In this document: positions 1 through 9,451 of the stretch, in pieces
How positions within the stretch are numbered: position 1 is the first letter of the stretch
Layout of the letters: every line of letters begins with the position of its first letter
Origin: Candidatus Latescibacterota bacterium
Lineage (GTDB): Bacteria > Latescibacterota > UBA2968 > UBA8231
Length of the DNA stretch: 64,000 nucleotides
NCBI GenBank assembly: GCA_965197905.1
Contig: CBDAOB010000005.1
Coordinates: 1,280,001 to 1,344,000, forward strand
Direction of reading: 5' to 3'
Program-made: the position numbers and the translations under genes
The notes under the pieces: generated by a model
Told to the model about the DNA's origin: nothing
What the model saw: only the letters and a program-made list of their open reading frames with translations
Databases searched by the model: none

Positions 1-2
1 AA

Positions 3-785
3 GCGTTCGTTTATGAACGTTTCATTGGAAGAACGTCCACGGTGGGCCCCGAGCTGATCCATTGCGAGGCCGATGGCGACGGCACTGTGATCGTGCTCTC
101 CGATCTGGAGATCGATCATGAGTTCAAGAGATCAGACCATCTCTGGAGCCAGACGGAGATCGTGCCGGTTCTCGAAACATTCGCTCGCTTGCATCTGCAA
201 GCGGAGGAGATCGGCCATGCGGATGGTGGCCCCCTGGTTGCGGCTCCGAACCTTCGCTGGGGGCAGGCCGTCATTCTGGAGGCGGCGCGAAGCGTAATGC
301 CTCACGTTACAGAAATCCCCTCAAGATTTCTTTCGGAGTGTGAATTCCTGCTCGGCAGGCTGGATCCGAACAGCTGGCAGCAGCGACCCTCGACGTTGCT
401 TCATAGCGATTTTAATGCCTCAAATGTGGCTTTCTCGAACCGCTCCGGAGAAGCGCGGCTGATCGATTGGCATATCGCGGCTTGGGGTATGCCATCATTC
501 GAGATCGGGTCGCTATTTTACCAGCCGCACTGCAACCACGTGAAGTTGAGCCGGTCTCAAACCCTGCGGCAGTATCTCCATGCCCGTTACGAGCTGGACG
601 GAGTAAGATTCGACGAACAGGAGGAGTGGAACTGTTTCCGCTTCGCCCTGGCGTACGACGGACTCAGTTACCTTCCCCCGGTAGCCCGGAGTCTGAAGGA
701 GGCAGGATCCCTGTCCGGCTGGTGGTTGAACATGTTGCAGAATATTGTTGAGAATCTGAATTGGGCGGCGCGAGAATACCGGTAG
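3..785 (+). CDS. Aminoglycoside phosphotransferase / choline kinase-like protein, 5' end probably outside the window
   Basis: HxDxxxxN motif (LLHSDFNASNV) followed by LIDW. The frame is open from base 3 into the ORF called at 42. Confidence 0.75.
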   Translation, partial: AFVYERFIGRTSTVGPELIHCEADGDGTVIVLSDLEIDHEFKRSDHLWSQTEIVPVLETFARLHLQAEEIGHADGGPLVAAPNLRWGQAVILEAARSVMPHVTEIPSRFLSECEFLLGRLDPNSWQQRPSTLLHSDFNASNVAFSNRSGEARLIDWHIAAWGMPSFEIGSLFYQPHCNHVKLSRSQTLRQYLHARYELDGVRFDEQEEWNCFRFALAYDGLSYLPPVARSLKEAGSLSGWWLNMLQNIVENLNWAAREYR

Positions 786-795
786 AAATGCGGAA

Positions 796-1821
796 TTGAT
801 GGAATACGAGGAATTCGCCGCCGACCTGGAAGATTTCTGGGGGCGCCGGAAGAATGAGCCGACCCACCGGCGGGAGACGGTCTTATTCGGTCGCAACACT
901 TGCATCCATGCCAATGAGGCGGCCGTGCTCGAGGCCGTCGATTTCTCGGCCCGGCTGTTCTCCCGCGTCGCCACGTTGTGCGACCGGTCCTTCGAGGTGC
1001 GGATCGTCGTAAGCCCGGCACCCCAACCGCCGCAGCCGGTGGACGAGAGCCTGGTTAACCAGTTGCACTACGTGGGACAGGGCGACTGGCTGCACATCCG
1101 CGCTGCCGCATGGGGCAGCGCCCACGTTGCTTTGAACCGTGGAGAAGCCCACTTGATACTGACCCCCGAGCTAGCGTGTCGGCCCGACCTGGTCAGCTCG
1201 TACCTTTTGAACACGGTGCTGCTGAACCTCGCCATCGCCGATGGGGTAGGCATGTTGCACGCCTCGTGCCTCATGCGGAACGGACGGGCGCTATTGCTGA
1301 TGGCGCCACACAACACCGGTAAATCAACGACCGCCCTCGAACTCGTGCGCGCCGGCTATCGCCTTCTTACCGACAGCATGGTCTTCTTTCAGCTGGTCGA
1401 TGGCAGGCCGCTACTCATGGGCATGCCGGTGGGCCGGATTAAACTGAGGCGAAATGTTCTCAGCCGTTTCCCGGAGTTCGAAGCTTCGTTGAAGGCGGAG
1501 CAGGTACGCTCTGAAACCAAATACGTGGCCGAACTGACCGAGCGTTCACAAACAGAAAAAGAAGCGGTTTCCGCGGCTGCGATCGCACTTTGCCTGCTGC
1601 GGCGAAGCGAGCTCGAGTCGAGCCATTACGTCGTCGTGGATCGGTCGGAGATCATGCAGGCTATCGTAAAAAACAGCTTGTACTTCGACAGCTCCATGGT
1701 GTGGCGTCGAAATCTCGATCAGCTGGAGCAGTTGGTTGAAATTGCAGATTGGTACAGCCTGGCGGTGGGAACGAGCCCCGCGGGAATCGTAGAAGCTGTT
1801 AACTCGATCCTGAACGACTAG
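796..1821 (+). CDS. HPr kinase-related P-loop protein
   Basis: LHASCL..NGRALLLMAPHNTGKSTTALELVRAGYRLLTD is the HprK C-terminal pattern, with a variant Walker A. Confidence 0.7.
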   Translation: MMEYEEFAADLEDFWGRRKNEPTHRRETVLFGRNTCIHANEAAVLEAVDFSARLFSRVATLCDRSFEVRIVVSPAPQPPQPVDESLVNQLHYVGQGDWLHIRAAAWGSAHVALNRGEAHLILTPELACRPDLVSSYLLNTVLLNLAIADGVGMLHASCLMRNGRALLLMAPHNTGKSTTALELVRAGYRLLTDSMVFFQLVDGRPLLMGMPVGRIKLRRNVLSRFPEFEASLKAEQVRSETKYVAELTERSQTEKEAVSAAAIALCLLRRSELESSHYVVVDRSEIMQAIVKNSLYFDSSMVWRRNLDQLEQLVEIADWYSLAVGTSPAGIVEAVNSILND

Positions 1822-3038
1822 CCGATGTGCTGAGGAATCTCTATTTCCTCCCCCGTCATCTCGAAGATCTGGTGTTGGTACACCGTGCGTACGATAGTGC
1901 TTTCCAGCGCGGGTGGCAGGTCGACAAAACGCAATTGCATGGTCCGGCCATGCGGGTCTGACGTGTCCCGAAGTACCTGGCAGACAATTCCCCCCAGTGG
2001 GAAAGCTCCTTCGAAGTCGGGATCGATCAACACCCGGAAGCCTGCAGTCGTCGTATCCTCCGTCCTGACACTGAGTCCACCGGCACCCAAGTCCATCACT
2101 TCCACCTGAATGGCGGGTAGCTCTCGGGGGTCGAAAACCGCTTCATGCGCTTCCCCATCGTCGGCGTCAGAGCTGTCTTCCGGGAGCTCGACGACTACGT
2201 CCTCCTCCCCGGACGTATCGACGCTATCGAGCAACGCGATGGCCGCCTCGGTCCCCTTTGGCCCCGCATCTTCAGGCAGCACTCTGAGCAGCATCGGGAA
2301 GTGGACCGGTATGCGAAAAAATCCGCGCTGCTGCATGCGCTCCAGGTCGTGCACATGCTTGAGCAGAATCGTCTGCGAGACCTCGTCGACGGAGATTATT
2401 TCGGTCGTGAAACGATATTCCGTGTCCTGCTCTCTCCAAAACCGGGCGGACAGGTGGCTCCCCTGAGTCACCGCGCGGAATTCCCGCTGGTCTTCCCGCA
2501 ACATCAAGGTGGCGGAGAGCCCGCGCTCGTCCCGGCTTACCACAAGCCAAGGAGAAAAGGTTTCCGTGTCGCCTGCTTCCGGCTGCACCATCAGGGTGAC
2601 TCCGGGCTCCAGTTGCCGCGTGGTGCGCATCGGTTGGGCGGCATCGAGGGAATCGAACCCCAGCATCTCTCGCATCTCGGCGATGTTCTTCAACACGGGG
2701 TCTTCCGGATTGCGATCGGCCACGCGAGCTGCGTATCGGCCCACGTGTCGATCGAAGCTATACACGGAATTCAAAAGCATCGATGGGTCGCTGAGCGAAT
2801 GTTTGCGGCCCAACTTTGCGAGAAATCGCAACTGTTTCGGCTTCAGACCTCGATCCTTGCCCGAACTCCAGAACCGTTTGTGAATCGCCTGCTGATGGCG
2901 CCGCCGTTTGACAAAGTACCCCACCGCCATCGCCAACAGACCGGCACAGAGCAATGTAAACAGGACTTTTACTACCGGTGACGGCTCCTCAATCCGTGGC
3001 CGCAGCAGGGGCAGAATCTCGCGCAATCCTTCGTTCAC
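1818..3038 (-). CDS. Membrane-anchored PilZ-domain (flagellar brake YcgR-like) c-di-GMP effector
   Basis: N-terminal TM helix; QQRGFFR (RxxxR) and DLGAGG (DxSxxG-like) motifs, separated by an acidic insertion. Confidence 0.75.
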   Translation of the reverse strand: MNEGLREILPLLRPRIEEPSPVVKVLFTLLCAGLLAMAVGYFVKRRRHQQAIHKRFWSSGKDRGLKPKQLRFLAKLGRKHSLSDPSMLLNSVYSFDRHVGRYAARVADRNPEDPVLKNIAEMREMLGFDSLDAAQPMRTTRQLEPGVTLMVQPEAGDTETFSPWLVVSRDERGLSATLMLREDQREFRAVTQGSHLSARFWREQDTEYRFTTEIISVDEVSQTILLKHVHDLERMQQRGFFRIPVHFPMLLRVLPEDAGPKGTEAAIALLDSVDTSGEEDVVVELPEDSSDADDGEAHEAVFDPRELPAIQVEVMDLGAGGLSVRTEDTTTAGFRVLIDPDFEGAFPLGGIVCQVLRDTSDPHGRTMQLRFVDLPPALESTIVRTVYQHQIFEMTGEEIEIPQHIG

Positions 3039-3146
3039 GATTCGTCCTTCTCCATTTCGGTCTTAGATACGAAAGACCACCTTGCAAGTCAATTGAGAAA
3101 TGCTTGTAAGTTGCTGTCAGAATTGCTATTAATACTAGCTAGGCGG

Positions 3147-3162
3147 TTGGCGTTCCTCTTGC
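3147..3162 (+). promoter_or_regulatory. Putative sigma-54 (-24/-12) promoter
   Basis: TTGGCGTTCCTCTTGC has GG-N10-GC spacing and ends 27 nt upstream of the ATG at 3190. Confidence 0.55.
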
Positions 3163-3189
3163 CCGAAAACTCACCCCAGGTTATGCCCC

Positions 3190-3822
3190 ATGGCCACTTT
3201 ACTGATCATTGAAGACGACATGGTGTTTCAACGGGCGTTGAAACGCGCCCTCGAACCAGCCGGACACAAGGTGTCGACGGCCGACACCGGGCACAGCGGT
3301 CTGGCGATGCTGCAGGAGTATATGCCCGACGTTGTTCTGCTTGATTTGATTCTAGGGGATGGGGACCTGGATGGTCTCGAGGTCCTGGCGTGGACGCGGG
3401 CACTGAACTCGGAGCTCCCCATCATCATCATGACCGGTCATGCCTGCGTGGAGACCGCGGTGGAAGCGATGAAACTTGGAGCCAGTGACTACGTTCAGAA
3501 ACCGTTGAATTTCGACGAGGTGCTGCTCTTGATCGATCGGAGCCTCGAGGTGGTCAATCTGCGGCGAGAGTTGGATCGGCTCCGCAGCGCGCAGGTGGCA
3601 CCGATAGGGGAGTCCCTAGCCCATATCGTCGAAGAGCACCCCGAAGGCGATGTCTACGACGGTGTCCTTCGACAACTACTGATGGAAGCGCTGCAAAGAG
3701 CCGGTGGCAACAAGGCCCGGGCCTGCCGGTGGCTCGGATTGAGCAAGTCGCGTCTGGACTACCGTCTGCGTCAGTACGGCATCAACGCCACCGAGATTCG
3801 CAAGGCAGGGCGTAGTGGCTGA
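3190..3822 (+). CDS. Response regulator: NtrC-type receiver plus Fis-type HTH, no AAA+ domain
   Basis: IEDD, LLDL, MTG and KP receiver motifs; C-terminal EALQRAGGNKARACRWLGLSKSRLDYRL; only 210 aa. Confidence 0.85.
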   Translation: MATLLIIEDDMVFQRALKRALEPAGHKVSTADTGHSGLAMLQEYMPDVVLLDLILGDGDLDGLEVLAWTRALNSELPIIIMTGHACVETAVEAMKLGASDYVQKPLNFDEVLLLIDRSLEVVNLRRELDRLRSAQVAPIGESLAHIVEEHPEGDVYDGVLRQLLMEALQRAGGNKARACRWLGLSKSRLDYRLRQYGINATEIRKAGRSG

Positions 3823-4060
3823 AACGCTCCCAACTGGAGATGAACCCCTGGAGGAGAATGCGGCGCTGTTGCAACGGTTTGTTCACGATCTCAACAATAT
3901 CCTGGCGGCGGCATTGGTCAACGCAGATCTGCTGCAAAATCGGCTTGCGCCAGAAAGTCCTCTAATGGAGATCGTGGAGGATCTGAACCTTTCCTTGGAA
4001 CAGGCGCGGACGTTGATACAAGAGATCAGAGCGGCAGCGCCAAACCTCAAAGGGCGCTAG
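3815..4060 (+). CDS. Stand-alone HisKA/DHp-like protein
   Basis: H-box FVHDLNNIL in an 81-aa helical protein with no ATPase domain; overlaps the regulator stop codon. Confidence 0.65.
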   Translation: MAETLPTGDEPLEENAALLQRFVHDLNNILAAALVNADLLQNRLAPESPLMEIVEDLNLSLEQARTLIQEIRAAAPNLKGR

Positions 4061-4934
4061 TGGTGTCGTCCACTTCCTCGGCGCTGGGGATTGAATCCAT
4101 GGCGCCCGATCTCGAAACGCATATGGCCGCCGCAGACGTTGCCCTCTCAATTGAAAACCTTGCGTCCGCGCCTCGAGCGCGTTCTGCGAGGTAATATCCT
4201 ATGAAGGTATCTCCGGCCGCCGTGGTGTCGATTGCCTTTACCTTCGGCGCGTCAATCCGAAAGCCTTCCGAGCGATAGCGATACTCGGCTCCCTGAGCGC
4301 CCAAGGTTAACAGTACCTCGGCAGCGGGCAGCTTTTCCGCCACCCGTTGGGCTAATTGATCGATGCTGATGTTGCCGACGAGACCGGCGGCTTCGGTCTG
4401 GTTGAGAATCAAGCCGCTCAATTTGTGCAAGGGATATTTTAGCAGGTCGGGGTCGAACGGAGCCGGGTTGAGATAGATGCTCAACTCTCTGGTTTTGGCC
4501 TCATTTATTAAATAAGATACTTCGTTTATCTCATTCTGTAACAGTAGAGTATCTCCACTATGAAAGTTGGTCAAGCTGTCGGCGATATATTCCCGGGATA
4601 GATCAGTGTTGGCCCCCGCATGCAACAAGATCGAGTTCTCTCCCTCGTGGTCCACCTGGATGATAGCGTGTCCCGTCGGATGATTGGAAGTGGCTATATA
4701 TCGGGTTTCAGCGCCAAATGCGGCGAGTTTTTCAATCAGCCAGCGGCCATCGGGGCCCACCATGCCACCGTGGGCGACCTCGGCGCCAGCCAGCGCGAGG
4801 GCGGCGGTCTGGTTCGCCCCTTTGCCGCCGGCGAAGACCTGATAAGAGCGGCTGGAGATGGTTTCGCCAGGCCGTGAAATATGCGCTACGTTGTAGACGT
4901 GGTCTATGTTGATGGAGCCGAAATTGAGAATCAC
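4047..4934 (-). CDS. rbsK: Ribokinase (PfkB family)
   Basis: FGSINID, GGKGANQ and DTTAAGDTF motifs. The GTG at 4934 overlaps the upstream TGA (GTGA). Confidence 0.85.
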   Translation of the reverse strand: MILNFGSINIDHVYNVAHISRPGETISSRSYQVFAGGKGANQTAALALAGAEVAHGGMVGPDGRWLIEKLAAFGAETRYIATSNHPTGHAIIQVDHEGENSILLHAGANTDLSREYIADSLTNFHSGDTLLLQNEINEVSYLINEAKTRELSIYLNPAPFDPDLLKYPLHKLSGLILNQTEAAGLVGNISIDQLAQRVAEKLPAAEVLLTLGAQGAEYRYRSEGFRIDAPKVKAIDTTAAGDTFIGYYLAERARGADARFSIERATSAAAICVSRSGAMDSIPSAEEVDDTTSAL

Positions 4935-5671
4935 CTCAAGGCTTCTTTGAGCTCCGACTGCGCGTGGGTGGTGAGAAACCGCATGTCGCTGGCCAGATCG
5001 ATGAACCGAAAACCTTCCGCGAGCCGCGATCTGGCGCCCGCGGCATCCTGCACCGGCAAGCCGCTCGGTGTGCCCGCTTTCTGGCACCCTTCGCGAAAAC
5101 GTTGCAGTGCCTCTTCGTGGTCGGAGTGCCCTGCTTCGACGCCCATGGAAAAGGCCAGGTCTGTCGGACCCAGAAAGCCGATGTCGACACCCTCGACGCA
5201 TGCGATCGTTTCGGCATTGTTGATGCCCTCCATATCCTCGATCTGGGGAATACAGAGAACAGCGTCGTTTGCCGTCGTGCGGTAATCCGGAGAGATCAGG
5301 TTGCAGCGGCCCGAGCCAACCGACCGGCTACCCCTGGGAGGATATCGCATGGCTTTGGACAGTTTCTCGGCCTGCTCGGGCGTGCTGACGTGAGGGAAGA
5401 CGATTCCGTGGGCGCCAGCGTCGAGAAGGCGCGCCACGGTGACGGGGTCGTGGTCCCAGGCGCGCACCAGGGGTATCGATCCCCGCGCCTCGATGGCGCG
5501 GAAGGTCTGCGTGATCAGATCCAGATCGAAGGGGGAGTGTTCGGCATCCACGGCGATCCATGGAAATCCGATCGACGCCAGAACCTCGGCGGCCAAAGGT
5601 GAGGCGAGATTGAGCCAGCTTCCCACCGATGCCTCTCCGCGCGAAAGGGTTTCCCGTACGGGATTTTCCAT
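4931..5671 (-). CDS. HpcH/HpaI family class II aldolase
   Basis: VDAEH, LDAGAHGIVFPHV, QIED and FLGPTDL motifs. Confidence 0.9.
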   Translation of the reverse strand: MENPVRETLSRGEASVGSWLNLASPLAAEVLASIGFPWIAVDAEHSPFDLDLITQTFRAIEARGSIPLVRAWDHDPVTVARLLDAGAHGIVFPHVSTPEQAEKLSKAMRYPPRGSRSVGSGRCNLISPDYRTTANDAVLCIPQIEDMEGINNAETIACVEGVDIGFLGPTDLAFSMGVEAGHSDHEEALQRFREGCQKAGTPSGLPVQDAAGARSRLAEGFRFIDLASDMRFLTTHAQSELKEALR

Positions 5672-5748
5672 CAAATATTCCTCAGGTCTAACTTAATAGT
5701 GATACAAATACAAATTCCGTAATATGTTGCGATACAACAAGCTGATAG

Positions 5749-6873
5749 CTACTTGATAGCTATCAGACTATCTACTTCTGCCTTCAGGCGGGGAAGCACT
5801 TCGTCGTATGGAAACTGGCCGACCAGGTGGGTTCCCCGCTTCAGGTTTACGAAGTTGGGGGCGCACCACAGCCCGAGATCGGCATCGTCGGTTTCTCCAG
5901 GTCCATTGACCCGGCACCCCATCACCGCAATGGTAATGGAGTGCCGCTTCGCATATTCTGTCGTTTCGCGGACCTGTTGCGCCAGCTCTATGAACGCCTC
6001 GTTTTCGACCCGGGAGCAGGAGGGACAGGAAATGATATTGAGTCCATCCGGCAAAGACTTGGGAACCGATCGAAAACGACCGGTTTCGATGTCAGTGAGA
6101 ATGTCTCGTCCGACGCGGATCTCCTCTCCCTTCTCCTCGAAAGGCAGGGTCAGGGATACTCGCAGGGTGTCGCCGATTCCTCTGGGTATCAGCTGCTCGA
6201 AAGCGATGCGGGTCTTGATCACCCCGTCCGGAGGCATGCCCGCTTCGGTCACGCCAAGGTGCAAGGGAACATCTGGTCGTGCCGAAGCGAATCGGTCGTT
6301 CGCCTCGATGACCTTGTTCGGGTCGGAGTCTTTGAGGGATACGCAGTAACGAAAGAACCCGAGATCGTCCAGCAGCTGGCAATGTTCCAGAGCCGAAGCG
6401 AGCATGGGACCGATGGAATCACCCTGGGGAAATTTGGCTTTGTGTTCGGGGTCTACGGAGCCGCAGTTGACTCCGATGCGAACGGCGCAGTCATTTTCCT
6501 GGGCTACGTCGGCGAGATAGGCGACCTTTTCCGCAACCGGAAGGTTCCGTTCGTGGTGGTAAAGGTGTCCCGGATTGTAACGAATTTTCTGGACGTACGG
6601 GGCTACCTGCTTGGCGAGTCGATAGTTCTCCTGCAAGTCGACGCTGAGTGGGGTCGTCGCCTGCTCGCTGATCTCGGCCAGCGCTTCCACATCTTTACGG
6701 CTGTCTACGGCGATGCGAATCAGGTCGGCGCCAGCCGCCTCCAACAGTTCCACCTGGCGCACGGTCGCGGGGATGTCCTGAGTGCGGGTAGCCGCCATGC
6801 TCTGCACGGCGACCGGGTGATTCGCGCCGATCGGCGTACTGCCTATCCAGACCTCTCGGGTAGGGTTCCTCAT
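5749..6873 (-). CDS. ispG: (E)-4-hydroxy-3-methylbut-2-enyl-diphosphate synthase
   Basis: [39 protein letters not shown] and [11 protein letters not shown] motifs. Confidence 0.95.
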   Translation of the reverse strand: MRNPTREVWIGSTPIGANHPVAVQSMAATRTQDIPATVRQVELLEAAGADLIRIAVDSRKDVEALAEISEQATTPLSVDLQENYRLAKQVAPYVQKIRYNPGHLYHHERNLPVAEKVAYLADVAQENDCAVRIGVNCGSVDPEHKAKFPQGDSIGPMLASALEHCQLLDDLGFFRYCVSLKDSDPNKVIEANDRFASARPDVPLHLGVTEAGMPPDGVIKTRIAFEQLIPRGIGDTLRVSLTLPFEEKGEEIRVGRDILTDIETGRFRSVPKSLPDGLNIISCPSCSRVENEAFIELAQQVRETTEYAKRHSITIAVMGCRVNGPGETDDADLGLWCAPNFVNLKRGTHLVGQFPYDEVLPRLKAEVDSLIAIK

Positions 6874-6910
6874 ACGTCACATTTCGTCGGGGATGGCGGA
6901 TGATTGCTAC

Positions 6911-6939
6911 ATTGTACGGGCGTTGAAAATTGTTGTCAA
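6911..6939 (-). promoter_or_regulatory. Sigma-70-type promoter for ispG
   Basis: Minus strand reads TTGACA-N17-TACAAT. Confidence 0.7.
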
Positions 6940-7031
6940 AACAGGTCGCTATTCGGCCAGCAAACGACTCTCTTGCCGCGGATGACCCAGTTTCGATTCA
7001 GCGGCTGTGTTGATCGCCGCCATACCGGTCT

Positions 7032-8171
7032 ATGAAGAAACGAGAATTGCCGAAATCCGAGCCGTATTTGACCGAGGAGGAGATCGAGACTCTGGTGGCC
7101 GACTTCGAGGGGATTTTGCGGTCTAAGACTCTTACCAGGGGGCCGTTTATAGATCGATTCGAGATGGAATTCGCCACACTTGCGGGTGTCTCACATGCAG
7201 TCGGCATGAGTTCCGGCACGGCTCCACTTGAGGTTGCCATGCGGTTTTGGAACGTGGCAGGCGGCGAGGTGATCGTGCCCACGAACACCTTTGCCGCGTC
7301 GGCAAACGCGGTCCTTCTGGCGGGTGGGACGCCGGTGTTAGCCGACATAACCTGCGAGACTTTGACCAGTGATCTGGACGCGATCGAAGACCACGTTTCT
7401 GACATCACTAGGGGAATCATCGCCGTCCACATCTCGGGGTTTATTCAACCGGATCTTCACGAGGTGCGACGATTCTGCGATCAGCGGGGTCTCTTCCTGT
7501 TGGAAGATGCGGCTCACGCCCATGGAGCCAGCCTGGATGGCCAATCGGCCGGGTCCCTGGGCCACGCCGGCAGCTTTTCGTTTTTTCCTACCAAACCGAT
7601 GACCAGTGGAGAGGGGGGGATGTTGACGACGGATGATTCGGAGTTGGCGGGGTTTGCAGAAAGTTTTCGCTGCCACGGGATCGACGATGCGGGGAAACGC
7701 CTCGAGCGTCTGGGAGCAAACTACCGGTTGCCGGAGCTAAGTGCGGCCCTGGGGCTGCGTCAGCTCGAGCGACTGGAAGAAAAAATGACATATCGTAAAT
7801 CGCTGGTAAACAGCTATATAAGTCAATTGAAATCAGTTCCGGACGTAGGAATTTTTCGAGAACCGAAAAACCAGGTTCACAGTTACTATAAATTCCCGAT
7901 ACTACTCCCGGACTGTTGGGATCGAGAATTCTGCCTGTCCTCGTTGGAGCGGGATTTTGGCATCCGTTGTGGCACCATTTACTGGCCGCCCTGCCATCTG
8001 GAACCCTTTTACCGGCGGCGTTTCGGCTACGGTCCTGGGAGTTTCCCGACCGCCGAAGAAGTGCTGCCGCGAACCCTGACCCTGCCGCTTTATAACGGCA
8101 TGGCACTGGCGGATGTGGAGTATATTTGCGGCGCGGTCAAGGAGGTGGCACGTCGCTACGAAAACGGTTGA
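7032..8171 (+). CDS. DegT/DnrJ/EryC1/StrS sugar aminotransferase
   Basis: SSGTAPL, EDAAHAHG and SFFPTKPMTSGEGG (PLP lysine) motifs. Confidence 0.92.
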   Translation: MKKRELPKSEPYLTEEEIETLVADFEGILRSKTLTRGPFIDRFEMEFATLAGVSHAVGMSSGTAPLEVAMRFWNVAGGEVIVPTNTFAASANAVLLAGGTPVLADITCETLTSDLDAIEDHVSDITRGIIAVHISGFIQPDLHEVRRFCDQRGLFLLEDAAHAHGASLDGQSAGSLGHAGSFSFFPTKPMTSGEGGMLTTDDSELAGFAESFRCHGIDDAGKRLERLGANYRLPELSAALGLRQLERLEEKMTYRKSLVNSYISQLKSVPDVGIFREPKNQVHSYYKFPILLPDCWDREFCLSSLERDFGIRCGTIYWPPCHLEPFYRRRFGYGPGSFPTAEEVLPRTLTLPLYNGMALADVEYICGAVKEVARRYENG

Positions 8172-8205
8172 CTTTCTGGCGTCGTTAAGTAAGTTAACGT
8201 TTACT
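8168..8205 (+). promoter_or_regulatory. Putative promoter and inverted-repeat operator upstream of the TetR gene
   Basis: TTGACT at 8168. Overlapping inverted repeats CGTTAA-N5-TTAACG (8183-8199) and AGTAA-N8-TTACT (8188-8205) lie just before ATG 8209. Confidence 0.5.
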
Positions 8206-8208
8206 ATC

Positions 8209-8814
8209 ATGCCTGCTGAAAGGAGAACCCGCAAGAACAAGCGCGAAGCGCTGGTGGGGGCCGCTATCCGGCTGGTCGCTCAAAAAGGGACCAAAGCCGC
8301 TTCCGTTCGGCAGATAGCCGAAGCTGCGGGGGTATCTGAAGCTGCGGTTTATCGACATTTCTCCAGCAAGGAGGATCTTTTTTTTCAGGTTTACTGCCAG
8401 ATCGTCGACGATATGGCGGTCTCCAAGGAAGATATCCTCGGAAGCGGCGAGCCGATGCACCTGCGAATCGGGGGATGGGTCCGGGTTACCTACGACTTCT
8501 TTGACAAATTCCCCGATGCGTTCACCTTCGTGCTCCTGACTCCGCACAACTTCGAAGAGCGGGATGGGGTTGAGATTACCACGAGGCAAGGAGCCATGCT
8601 CATGGCCATGCTCGACCGCGACATGAAGGAGGGTCTGTTACCATCTTTTCAACTCGATCTGGCCATGGCGATGTTTACCGGAGTAATGCTCAACGTGCCG
8701 CGGCTGATCAACGAGGGTGCCCTTGCCGCTCCCGCCTCCCAGTATGCAGATCGCGTAGTAGAGGCGATATTCAACATGTTTCGGATCAAAGAATCGACTC
8801 GCGCGGAAGCTTGA
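8209..8814 (+). CDS. TetR/AcrR family transcriptional regulator
   Basis: SVRQIAEAAGVSEAAVYRHFSSKEDL helix-turn-helix. Confidence 0.92.
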   Translation: MPAERRTRKNKREALVGAAIRLVAQKGTKAASVRQIAEAAGVSEAAVYRHFSSKEDLFFQVYCQIVDDMAVSKEDILGSGEPMHLRIGGWVRVTYDFFDKFPDAFTFVLLTPHNFEERDGVEITTRQGAMLMAMLDRDMKEGLLPSFQLDLAMAMFTGVMLNVPRLINEGALAAPASQYADRVVEAIFNMFRIKESTRAEA

Positions 8815-8815
8815 G

Positions 8816-9451
8816 ATGTCGGAACGAAAGAGAATTCTGGTTCTAGCGCCCCACACGGACGATGGCGAGTTCGGCTGCGGAGGAACGATTAGTCGATTCG
8901 TCGAAGAGGGGGATGACGTGTATTACGCTGCATTCTCCACCGCCGAGAAGTCTGTCCCACCTGAATTTCCACCCAATATTCTGGAGCGCGAGGTCAGATT
9001 GGGTACCTGCGTTCTGGGTATACGCCCGGAAAATCTTCTCGTTTACAAATACGAGGTACGCTGCCTGCCGCACGCCAGGCAAGAGATTCTTGAAGAGCTA
9101 GTGCGGCTGAAAGCGGAGATAAACCCCGATACGATTTTTCTTCCGAGCAGTCAGGATCTTCACCAGGACCACCAAACCGTTTACACCGAAGGGCTGCGCG
9201 CCTTCAAGATGTCGACGGTTCTCGGATATGAACTGCCTTGGAACAACCTCAGTTTCGACTATCGGCATTTCGTCGTGCTGCAGCAACGCCACGTGGAGAC
9301 CAAGATCGAAGCGCTGCGGTGTTACCAGTCGCAAGCCCATCGTCCCTACAGCGAAGAGGATTTTATCTGGGGATGGGCGCGCACGCGGGGAGTACAGATA
9401 GCAGCTGAATACGCAGAAGCGTTCGACGTGCTCAGGTGGGTGCTGCCGTGA
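8816..9451 (+). CDS. PIG-L/LmbE family N-deacetylase
   Basis: APHTDDGEFGCGG and HQDH metal-binding motifs. Confidence 0.9.
   Translation: MSERKRILVLAPHTDDGEFGCGGTISRFVEEGDDVYYAAFSTAEKSVPPEFPPNILEREVRLGTCVLGIRPENLLVYKYEVRCLPHARQEILEELVRLKAEINPDTIFLPSSQDLHQDHQTVYTEGLRAFKMSTVLGYELPWNNLSFDYRHFVVLQQRHVETKIEALRCYQSQAHRPYSEEDFIWGWARTRGVQIAAEYAEAFDVLRWVLP

Noticed and set aside
4935..5201. N-terminal extension of the ribokinase ORF
   Set aside because: Overlaps the aldolase gene; the family sequence begins at GTG 4934.
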